A stretch of 57,377 bases of DNA, filler included, from Catajapyx aquilonaris (Eukaryota): the NCBI GenBank assembly GCA_000934665.2. It is 2 parts of 2 records of this genome, joined end to end, with 100 filler letters (N's around TTAATTAATTAA, not from the genome) between each part and the next. Parts side by side here need not be neighbours in the genome. Positions count along the whole stretch, not along the records: positions 1 to 28,566 come from JYFJ02004899.1; positions 28,667 to 57,377 come from KZ539244.1. One strand, written 5' to 3'. The notes under the pieces were generated by a model. The model was not told the DNA's origin and did no database searches. It saw nothing but the letters and a program-made list of their open reading frames with translations. Positions 21,962 through 32,978 of the stretch are shown here, piece after piece. A program made the translations under genes and the position numbers. How positions within the stretch are numbered: position 1 is the stretch's first letter; each line of letters begins with the position of its first letter.

Positions 21962-22640
21962 ATTACTCAAATCTCCAGTAATTTGAAGGAAGAGGTGAGT
22001 GGCCTTTGACTCTGAGGGACATATCTTTCTAAGTGCAAGTACTTCCATTCTTACTATGTCATATCAAGAGAATAAAATGAGTAAATGCATTACCTCTCAT
22101 CAAAAGTCAGGACTATTTGGTTGTAATATCATTTAAAGAAAAATTAATATTATCTTCAAAAATATACATATTGATGTAACTTGATGATGCAGTTCTTAGC
22201 TGCAATTTTTGATACAAGAAACATGTCAATTGAAGAATAATCTTTGCGCTATGGTGAGATATTTTGCAAGCCTCTATGCAGCACGAAATAGTGCAATCTA
22301 CTTTTGCTGGAACAGGTAAAACAAATGTCATTTAACTCCACATGCCTGCTTTTGTGACCTGAAAGGGGGAAAAGTTCCACAATTAGTAATTTGAAATGTT
22401 GATTTTTGCAATTAACTAATCAGTTGAATTAAAACTGCATTTCATTTTTTTTTCCATCAAGCCCTATCCATTACAAATCATGTTATATGAAGGAAACACA
22501 ATAAATCAATAGGGGGATTTGTAATCAGACAGAAAACATTATGTAAAATTGTACTAGCTGAATTTGATATCAATTGTGTATAATTTTTGTGTGGTTGACA
22601 CTTGTCTTGTTAGACTGAGAAAATAAAATAAAAATCATTA

Positions 22641-23870
22641 TCTATAATATTAAAATGCTTGCGTTGCATGTATAAGCCCTCTGATTGGTCCGCCCCCGTA
22701 TTGTTGCCGCCACCTCTTCCCATTGGCCCCCCGTCCATTGTTGCTGCGTCGTATCCATGGCGCATTGTTACCACGACGCCTCCGATTGGCCCCCGTTCCG
22801 AGCATGCGCAATGGGTGGGAGAACGCCACAGTCGCTTGCTGGACGTCAACGAGGACGCATCATTCTCCCCTCCCGCGAAGACACCTCTGCCCCTTCCACC
22901 TATACCCTTCTACCCACGTCTTATTCACGGTGACCTCACAACAGAGGAGGGGGAAAATAATGGAAGCCGTAAACAAGACGAACACTGGACTACGGTCGAT
23001 CGTTGTCTCTCAGTGCAGTGGTGCCAAACTGCCAACTCCGTGGTCGTTTATAAAGCAAAATACAATTTCAGTTTTTTAACCTTTTGACGGCGGAGTGTTT
23101 GAGCCATTGCCTTACCCCAAGGCCTGATTTCTTTTTCCCCTTTTCCGGATATTTGATGAAGAGTGATATTTTTAATGAATAATAATCCGCGGACTGCCCG
23201 GATTACCCGGATTACCTATCCTTACCTAAAATGACCCTGTGACCCATTTCTGAGGGGGGGGGGGCAGAGGTCAAGTGGCTGAAGTCGAGTTTACTCTTGG
23301 CTTGGTTAATGATGCTGTTGAGTCCGTAGCCAACAGTGTTACATACAACCCCGATTAGCCCAAAAAAAGTTAAATCCGTAAGAATTAATTTTTCTTTTGG
23401 TCAAACGTCAATACTGGTTAAAACCGATCAAGAGCAAATTTCAAATTATGGCAAACGCATTCATCCATAGGAAACAGTTCTCCTTAACCACCAACGCAAC
23501 GTGGGGTATTTTTCTACCCCACAATGTAGTTAATACCATCGCGATTAATAAATTTTGTATTAAATGAAAAATGGCAAGCCCATATTCCTCAGACATACTT
23601 TCTTCGATCCAAAGAAAAATTTTGACATCAGTAGAAATATTTTTTTGCGGAGTTACTGGTACTTTTATGCTGCTAAGCGTCCATGTGGGGTCCAGATAGG
23701 TATACCCCACGTCGCGTCGTAGCCAATGTACATAATTATTTAGAGAGAACATCACAGCACATCACAGCAAAATGGTATTTTATAAAGTGTGAGTGTTGTT
23801 ATTCAGCAATAAAATGATATTGCTCGGAACTAAAATCTTGCAGACCTAGCAGCTGGGAATGTTTACGTTA
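22641..23870 (+). mobile_element. Copy-B-specific insertion with Helitron-like 5' end
   Basis: Similarity to unit A breaks exactly at ATCATTA|TCTATAATATTAAAATG (A|TC start typical of Helitrons) and resumes ~23920. No convincing 3' hairpin-CTRR found; right boundary approximate. Confidence 0.4.
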
Positions 23871-24563
23871 TAAGTCATTACTTACGGCATCGAGCTGGAA
23901 GGCTACGAAGGTGCGATAACAGGATTGGGAAATCATAATTACAGGAGTATTAGCTCTGTTGGTGCACTGCACCGCAGAACACTGTTCGTCTGGACGAGAT
24001 ATGCCTTTGCTTTGTAAACAGACCTGTGGGTGGGCAATACCTGTACTATTTCTCATGGTCCCACTCACATTATTGTTTCTTATGAAACCAGAAGTGATGA
24101 TGAAAATATTAGTTATGATAATAATGATCTGTGGCGTGATATCATACTTTTTCCTTGCAACGAAGTGGGGTTCATAAGAGGGCTTTCCAGATCTCTGCAC
24201 CAACAAAATGGTAGTGGACGCATAATTATCTGGTATGCCCAACATGCTGGGAAACATGATCAGACATTTTGTCCATGCCGCACAGAGACGTTTCATATGG
24301 TCATTGGGTGAGAAGCTCTGCAGACTTCCACTTATTTTGTCTGTGCAGACTTTGTGATCTCATTAGCTGTGATTAATTCTGCACCCTGATCAAATGTTCT
24401 CTGTTCTTCACATGAGCATGAGCACAACAGCACCTTTCATGTGGTATTCTTGTAGTGACTTGCCATGATTGTGATGGGAGCATGCCATCATCCCATGTAA
24501 AAGCCTCTTCTGTGGATGAGAAGAGTCAAGTGCGACTGAAATGATCGTTACGTACTTCTTTAG

Positions 24564-24720
24564 GAGCCGACAACAATCCAGGCGACTTACTTTCTGAAGT
24601 CCTCACTTCAGGCGATACCAAAACTGAAAGTGGAGATTGAGTTCCTGAGTGCAGCATCAAAGTTGAAATAGACCAGTGCAAGACAGAGGAGCTCACAGTG
24701 GAGAACGAGGGTCCACAGTG
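24564..24720 (+). pseudogene. Isolated exon-2 fragment of the zinc-finger family (copy D)
   Basis: TTTTAG|GA ADNNPGDLLSEVLTSGDTKTESGD*VPECSIKVEIDQCKTEELTVENEGPQ; in-frame TGA. Confidence 0.85.
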
Positions 24721-26183
24721 AATATATTGATAGTTGGGTGGAATTATTGCTTATTTATGGGGTCAGAGGGTCTAATGAAATGGAGAAGTGAAAAAAAAAT
24801 GTAAGGTATACACTCTTGTGAAATGGTGCAAGCAGGGTTATATTTTTGGAACTACAGATAATCTTTCTCTATTCACAAAGCATGGCAAGACGTAATGATG
24901 GAGTGGCACACATCACCATCACAATGTCACCCTTTTGAAAGGGGTAGTGAATGGATGAGGTCAAATTTTCAAGCATTATGCTCAAAGGAAAAAAATCTTC
25001 CCTGCCAATATTTGTCTGTGATGTCATGAAATGCTCCTGAATTACAATGACCATTGGTTACTTCTCAAATTCATTTCAATTTAGCAATTTGATCAGTGCA
25101 TTAATGTAGATTAATTGATGACTTTATGTAATGGTGACCTCATTGTTACAGACTTATAAAATTTTTTGATGTATTGTAATTCGTTTTGCCTTGTAATGAT
25201 AGAATAATTATAACTTAGGTATATTGTAATATGAGTGACAGTTGACGAGTGGGCCTGGTGCGGGGGGTGCAGAGTGACGAGTGAAGAGGAGGAAGAGGGT
25301 GAGTTGTTGTTAACCGGGTTCTGAGACACAAGGTGCGTGACTGATGGAATGTGCTTTATTATCACTTCAGGTGCAGACGACAATCCAGGCGAATTGCCTT
25401 CTGAAGCCCCCACTTCAGGCAATGCCCCAGTTGAAAGGGGAGATTCAGCACCACTGGGCAACACCAGAGTTGAATCGGACCAGTGCAAGACGGAGGAGAT
25501 CACAGTGGAGGATGAAGGCCCACAGGGTTACGGAGACACTGCAGCTGGAAGTTCGTCAAACGCAAGTATGTCATTATGCTTTATTATGCATTTATTGATG
25601 AAGGGTTTTCTGGGTGAGAAATATTGAAGTACTCGGTGTACTTAGGCCTACTTGTACGCGCCAGCCACTTTGAGCCGAATGTTGGCTCTCATGTTACAAT
25701 GTTGCCATGCAGACTTACCATGCTTTTTAATGTGGCACTTTTGAATTACACTGGTTTTTATTGTTTTTAGCATATGCCTAACTGTTGTGGGGCACACACA
25801 GCAGATCATCTGAGACTGAGCTAAATTGAGCGAGCCAAGCCAGGCTAATTTCAATTCAATATTTTTACTTTTACATGTTTTTCTTCGAGCCTAGAGAGCT
25901 ATGGGTTGATAATTATGGTGCTGTAGTTTTCAAATTTTACCTGCAGCAGCAATGTCAAAAACCTGTAAATTACTTTGCAGAGAATCAATAATAATTTATT
26001 GGAGGTGTTTTGTAATGTTGTCCTGAGCAGTTAGTTGTCATTGTGACGTTTGTTCTGTTCAGATGCGTCGAAATGTTATAGTTGTAGGTGATTTTTCACA
26101 AACCAACCCTTCCATGGGCCACTTCAGTCAATTATAAAATTAACAAATTTTTGTCTATTTATGGAGTTGCTATATGTATGGTA

Positions 26184-26753
26184 CAGTGCTGGACACATTA
26201 GCCGTCGCTGAATGTTTTTTTCGAGCGGCAGCGGCGTAAACTTCCAACCCTGGCTGGCAGGCCAATTCAAACATCAGCCTAGGGAGAGTGCTTAGAGTGT
26301 CCTTTCCATTGTTGCCTCTGTTTACAAATCCAGTGAGTGACGCGGACCACTCAGCGACGGGTCTCTTCTGCCTGCTTACACATGATCAGTAGCAAGGGAT
26401 ACGGAGGGAAAAACGTGAAAATAATGATGTTAGAAGCAAGTCATTTTGTGGAAATGTTCCATGCTGGACTCAAAGAAATGTTTTCGTCCACAGCACAGGA
26501 AATATATTCCATGGCTGAGGAGGGGGTGACAATTAAGATCAGGGGTGTGCTAATTGAAAATGCCTCAACTGACGGATTCTTTCGGATTTTGTGTCTTTTA
26601 CACTGTGCTCTATGACGCTAAAAATTTTAAAAGTATTATTTTATTAGTAAGTTTAATAGACAAGTACCCAGCACGCCGCTCTTTCTGCCGGGAATAGACG
26701 GCGATACTTTTAAATACGTTTGAAATTTGTAGTGTAATAGGGCACGGTGTAAT

Positions 26754-26804
<51 letters not shown>

Positions 26805-27591
26805 TCCGGGGTAGTGCTGACCTCATCAGAGGTATGTAGCACGGACCTTTATTTATTTGTTGTGTACATTTGAGCCTTTATATGTAACGCCCGGGCCCAC
26901 GGGCAGAATGACAGGAGGGGATGTGCAAGGTGCAGTGCAATGTCTTAAACGTGGCCATTTTTAGTGAACTCCCCCGGGTGATTTAGTCTGTGGAAATGGC
27001 ACCCGAGACAAAGCCAGAGGTGACCCTGAACTCTGCACGAGATGAAGGGGGTGTCAAACACCTGTATCTTTAAAATCTGAAGCAAAATTGAGCAAGTTTG
27101 AACTTGCATCGTTAGGTTAGACTTTACTGAAGCACACTTGACTACTGCCAGCTCTTTAGCAGCAGAAGAACCTGTGCAAAAAAAAATAAAATGTAACAAC
27201 TGTGCAGGTGTCCCCTACAGGGGACACTCGACATATCTGGGTTAATTGTCACCCCCTCCTCAGCGATGGAATATATTTCATGTGCTGTGGACGAAATCAT
27301 TTCTTTGAGTCTACCATGAAACATTTTCCCAAATTGACTTGCTTCTAACATCATTATTTTCTCTGTTTCCCTGCGTATCCCTTGCTACTGATGATGTGAA
27401 GCAATCAGAAGAGACCTGTCGCTGGGTCGTCTGCATCACTCACTGGATTTGTAAACAGTGGCGACAATGGAAAGGACACTATCAGCACTCTCCATAAGCT
27501 GATGTTCGAATTGGCCCGCCGGGTGGGGTTGCCAGGTTACGCCGCCGCCAGAAAAAAAAACATTCAGCGACAGCTAATGTGTCCAGCACTC
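26184..27591. mobile_element. Non-autonomous Tc1/mariner-like element with ~350-bp diverged terminal inverted repeats
   Basis: Arms 26185-26536 and 27242-27590 are reverse complements; ends TA|CAGTGCTGGACACATTAGC ... GCTAATGTGTCCAGCACTC|TA. Confidence 0.8.
26755..26804. repeat. (AAT)n microsatellite, ~16 units
   Basis: Directly visible. Confidence 0.95.
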
Positions 27592-27594
27592 TAC

Positions 27595-28043
27595 CAGGGA
27601 GCATATACTACATAAGAGGCGCAAACATTCGATTTTTTTCGTCTCTCTGTTTATCGTGTTGCCAAGGCTGGCGGCCATCTTGAAGTGTGTGGTATGTCAA
27701 CGAGGTATAAATAGGGTACAGGCAGGCCGTCAAGGTCCGCGGAGGTCCGCCATCTTTGATGGTTTTGGCTGCCATGGAAATACATGGCAATAACAATTTA
27801 CTTACCCATTTTCCAATATCGAATTCAAATTCGCGCGTGTTCTTGCAGTGTGGGGGTTGCCATGGCAGCCAAAACCATCAAAGATGGCGGACCTTATTTT
27901 TGCCTGTACCCTATTTATACCTCGTTTGCATACCACACACGTCAAGATGGCCGCCGGCCTTGGCAACGCCCTATAAACAGAGAGACGCGAACAACAATGG
28001 CGCCGACAGAAGTTTGCGCCTCTTATGTAGTATGTGCTCCCTG
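27595..28043. mobile_element. Foldback-type MITE (~450 bp, arms ~185 bp)
   Basis: CAGGGAGCATATACTACATAAGAGGCGCAAAC ... GTTTGCGCCTCTTATGTAGTATGTGCTCCCTG; flanks ACTCTAC / ACTTTAC (7-bp TSD, one mismatch). Confidence 0.85.
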
Positions 28044-28566
28044 ACTTTACTGTACAGTAGAATGTACAGTATTCTCAGAATCCTGCCAAATGAATGACAC
28101 TGGCCTATATTTTGGGATTGTGATTGCTTGCACCCTGGCTGAGCTTGTTCTTCTTAATTTTAGAAAAAATACTAATTGATGATTATTTGTCTACAGATGG
28201 ACAAGAAAGCACTGGTTATGATTTTTCATCTGATGGAGACATCAATTATTGTGAAGATATGGATGGAGTCACAGACCAAACTGAGGGAAACTCGTCTCAC
28301 TCTGAAGCAGAACTTGGAATTTCATTAAACACTGTGATCCAGGTAAAATACTTTTGATGTTGTTTGGCTGCCAATGGATGAACAACTGGGTAAATAGTAA
28401 GTGTAATCCTACAAGTACAAGAGAGTTGATTTAGTGTATTTTTTTTTTCTCATTTTTTTCCCTTTTGCTCCTTAGGAAGTGGATGAGCTTCTATACTACT
28501 CAGACTGTATTTATCCTTGATTTATGTAGTATGTGTATTGGAGTTGAGTCCCCCCAAATATCCCGT

Positions 28567-28666
28567 NNNNNNNNNNNNNNNNNNNNNNNNNNNNNNNNNN
28601 NNNNNNNNNNTTAATTAATTAANNNNNNNNNNNNNNNNNNNNNNNNNNNNNNNNNNNNNNNNNNNN
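28567..28666. other. Assembly spacer: 44 N + TTAATTAATTAA + 44 N
   Basis: Exactly 100 nt and symmetric; the 12-mer has stop codons in all six frames. Confidence 0.92.
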
Positions 28667-31600
28667 AATTTTTTGTAGGCTATAGTCTTAAACACGTTTT
28701 GTTATGACTATAAATGGAGCGTGACACCTGCAATGGACCCTACATACTGACATGCAAAAGCAAAGGAGAATCTCTGGAATTTCTGTTACCTGCTGTATGC
28801 ATGCTAATATGTTGATGATTCCTAATCAAGCATGTGGGTTTATTACCTCACCTTGGACAGTGAACGTATCATTATGCCAAAGCAGTCATAATATGTGATT
28901 ATTGCACTTCTCATGATACCATACTGTTTACATCCTAATTTATCACCAGGCGCCGATGTTATGGAATGAATATGGCATTGTCATATCAGAATTCCAACAC
29001 TTACAGTCTCAGAATGATCTGCCATTTTTCCTATTTGGAATGCGATAATGCGAGCCACATAATGAGAACAATAGGGCTTTACACCTGTAAGCTCAGGTAC
29101 AAGGTAGGCAATGTGACTATGACTTCAGGATGAAAAGTTGCAGTGCACATACCCACTATAGATATCCTGCAATGGATTGTTGCAGAGTCTGCAACTTTTC
29201 AGCCCAATATCTCAGTTCCCTTGCCTAGTTTGTTTTGGACCTAAGAAGCACTTGCCAAGTTGGTGCATAGTAACTGTGATAACATGATCTAGGTTCTAGG
29301 AATCTAGGATGTCTTACCAATGAAATGTATTGTTTTTGCTGATCCATATGTTGCTTAAGCATTTTTCATTGCATTTATTGCGTTTATATGCTATTTTGAT
29401 TTTGGGGATATTTTCTGATGTGGGTGGAAAGCAAGGGAGTGCAACCCAGGGCAAGTGAAATTAGGAAAACATTAGGCACCATGAAGCAAGTGGGTCATTG
29501 GATTAGACCTATTCCAATTTTGGTGGCAATCAGCGGGCAACTGTCGGTATGACAATTATGTATACATCACCCCTCAAAGTCATAGACTCAACAACCAGTC
29601 ATAGAAGCAGTGTGTGGCAGGTTTATTCTTGACATTAATATTTTGAAACAGGTACACACAAATGGCGAGCAACTGTTTTAGGAAATGGCAGGAACAGTAA
29701 CAGCTGGACATAAAGTTCGAGCCCGAAGGGTTCGGCCCTCCTTCTATTCCAGATTAATCCAACAGATATATTTCTGTCATTTTTCATGAAATGTTGGATG
29801 AACACTCGGGTGTATGTTACACTGTTGTGTCTGACACTAGTAGGTTGTAATAATGGTAGATCCTGAATTCTTATTGCGTATTGTTCTGTAAGGGAAGTCC
29901 ATGATTTTAGACTTGGCCCTGGGGCATGTGGTTGGTGCGTAGTTTGGTTTTGCGTATGTGGTTTAGTAATATGTCCAAGCATACATGCACTCATTTGTTT
30001 GCTGATGGGTCAGGAAGGAAGGTCTACAGGGTTACAAGAATCAAGAATTACTTGATATTAGTTTATATTGAAATTTGGGAATTTCTCCCACATCTGTCAG
30101 AAATGTTGCACCTGCAAGTGACCATAAAGAGATCTATTCTAAAAGGTGAAAGATCATCCCATGAACTTGTGTATGTCATAACTGAACTTCTACTTTATGT
30201 ATGAAGACTGCATCCAACTTTTGCTGCAAAATAATCGCTTTTACCGCCCCAGGCATGGCTTGTGAGGTTTCCTCTCAAGGTCGCAACAGCCAACACTTTA
30301 TCTGCATCTTAAAGACTAGGCAGGTTAAAAAATATACTATGTACTCTATGTAAAAAGAATTCAATTGCAAACTAAAATAAGCAGAGGTCAGTGAAGCATA
30401 TCCGTAGCACTGTCGTATGACAAATATCAATATCTGATATGGCAACATCTAAAGTTTCATACCATGTGAGTATGAAAATGAATAAATAATCCTACATCGA
30501 TATATTCGTGAGAAATAAATGAAGGATTCGTTTTTGCTTATCCATTCATTGCTCCCTTCTCCTAACCCTTTCTTTAAAAAACCAGTAAAAAAGTATTATG
30601 CCTATAATGAAGCTAGAATGCACTGGCCACATGTTCACTTTCTCATGGTGCGATCTATACAGTAGTTCAGTCTTCAGCTGGTTTTGTGTGGAACCCCAGC
30701 ATTCGGCAGTCGTGTCTGAGGAGTTCCATGAAGTTATGTGGGTTTAATGGCTGAGCTGTATTAGAAATTCTCTACCTAAGATGAAGCTGGAGGGACTCTC
30801 CTCTCCACGAACAAGAAAGTAAGAATCAAGGTTTTGGAATCGAACATGGGACATTATGACCCTGGAGGGCAAGCAAACCTTTGCACTGCCCAATTTTTAA
30901 AGCAGGAACGTCGGTTGAAAGATACAATAATAATTATAACTGAATGTAGGTTTTTCCCTTAGTATCAAGCCTGTAGTGGCAAAAAATTTAAAAAAAACTT
31001 CCTAGTATAAGTATGAATGCAGATGTTAAGTGACACATATGAGAAGTTAACTGGAATCAATTTTATTTGCTATTAAACGATAATTTTCTTGTGCAAGAAT
31101 ATTGTGTTTGCTCACTTTTAGTTATGCAAATGCATCATTTCCAAAATCAGAGATCACTGTCATTATGGATTCATGCAATTCGGCCATCTGTCGGTAACTG
31201 TTTGTTTTTAGATCACTTATGCATAAATAAATTGCATGCTGGCTCCTGCTGTGTTTTTGTTTGACCAGTGGAGTTTATCTTAGTCACGCACACACGAAAA
31301 AGTGACTGTTCGTCCTACGGATAATGCATTGAAGCTAGCCTTCCTTGTGCTAAGATTTTTTAAAAAATTAGATGACTACAAATTTTATTGCAGCGATTTA
31401 TTTACCAGATTGAGTTGAGTCTTGCAGGATTTCTCTTTGTTTACTTATATTGTAATAAAGAGATTCAGCCGTAATGTTAGTCAGCCAGTTTCATGTCCTG
31501 AGTACTGGTATTCATTGTATGTAAGACTTCACTTGATCTGTGCACAAAAGGCCAGACGTTGGGTTTTCTATTAGTCTGAATGCTTTTGTCTGGTGCAGAT

Positions 31601-32978
31601 ACTGCAATACCATTCAATTGTGGTGGTTTTTCAATGCTTGCACTGTAGTACATTGGGAGCACCAGAGCTGTAACATGGTAGGCTTGAGTGGGGGCTAAGG
31701 ACCTGAGGATTAGGCGTTCCATTATTGGCACTGTTGATACATCCATTATATTATGCACCAGGATGTATTCCTCTATACATGTAACACCACATGCACAGAA
31801 CAGAGTGGTTTTCACTTAGCATGGTAAACATGACCCTGCGGTATGCAAATTCATTGTCTTCACTAACGCTATTGAATCTGGCACATGCAGTTCAATGTAT
31901 TGGGTGTACTTGTGCATGCTCGTGGGAAATGAAGAGCGAGGGTATCAGTTCCACTTCGGTGTTGGTATGTTAAAAGAGACGCTACATGGAAATGTTCGCT
32001 ATTGGTGGTACTGCACAAACAGAGGTCTGAGGTTAGAATGTGATTTACATGTAGTCGAGGCTGAAAGGGTTTTACCATGGTTATGTACGGTTGGTGACTG
32101 AAGGTCCAGCCACTTGTTATTGGGATGCTGTTGCAGCTGATTGATTTGTGTAGCCTAATGCATTGTAATCTATAGTTTTGCTGCAGGATTTTCCCTGTTA
32201 GTTGGTCAAATTGGCTGGAAAGTGCTAATGAAACAATCACTAGCACTTCTATAGGGTCAGCAAATGCATTTTAGAATATTTTTAGATTGAATGGAAGTCT
32301 CTTTGTTGACTACTGTACATCACTGCTAACTCTTGATCTCCCAATAATATCAGTATGAGTAATTCCTGACTGAGGATAAAGACTGCTTTTATTGAAATTT
32401 AATAATATCAGACGAGGAACATTTGTGGCACCAAAATTTGTGATCGGATCATGTTCAAGTTGTGCTGACTCAACACTAATAACAATGGAAAACACAATCA
32501 CGAAACTTGTGCCATTGGACTGCTTATTGAAGTAGGTGTTAAGATTATCTGATGAATTAAAAGGCGCTTTGTTAGAGTCTCCAATGAATCTAGTGAATAT
32601 TTAATAGATGTAATTAAATGCTGGCAACAATACAACACACCCGCTCAACCCTCGGTACGTCATTCACCCTCATTTGTACAACCAGACCTGGGAGGACAGT
32701 CCAGTTGGCTTGATGGATAAAACGCTCAATGCAGATTATTATGAGAAAATTCCTGATTTTTTTTTGGACCGTGAATTGCTAATTTGCTTTCATACGCGCC
32801 TGAATATGTGGAATAATTGTCGCACGAAGAAGGCCTGGAAAAAATTAACGCTGAATTGTTACAGCTCGACAAAAGTGGCACGTGATATACAACTGGCAGT
32901 TTTAGTGTCACTACACGAGCTGAATCCATGAACGTGTCAGCAGCAACACACACGTGCGGGCACGTCCAAATGACCGGG

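Larger units (their letters stand above)
17400..24390 (+). repeat. Tandem segmental duplication unit B
   Basis: Colinear with 9200-15590 apart from copy-specific insertions and deletions. Confidence 0.9.
25247..28406 (+). pseudogene. Truncated zinc-finger family copy C (3' end of exon 1, exon 2 25371-25565, exon 3 28197-28342)
   Basis: Starts abruptly at EWAWCGGCRVTSEEEEEG with no ATG. Intron 2 is interrupted by ~2.4 kb of insertions (~25670-28085). Similarity ends early in intron 3. Confidence 0.85.

Noticed and set aside
26804..26860. Minus-strand CTGATGAG next to the (AAT)n tract, suggestive of a hammerhead ribozyme core
   Set aside because: No stem II followed by GAAA and no closing stems could be found.
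31895..32101. GYQF...YWWYC pattern reminiscent of a FLYWCH domain
   Set aside because: Too short, lacks the downstream Cys/His spacing and any supporting context.
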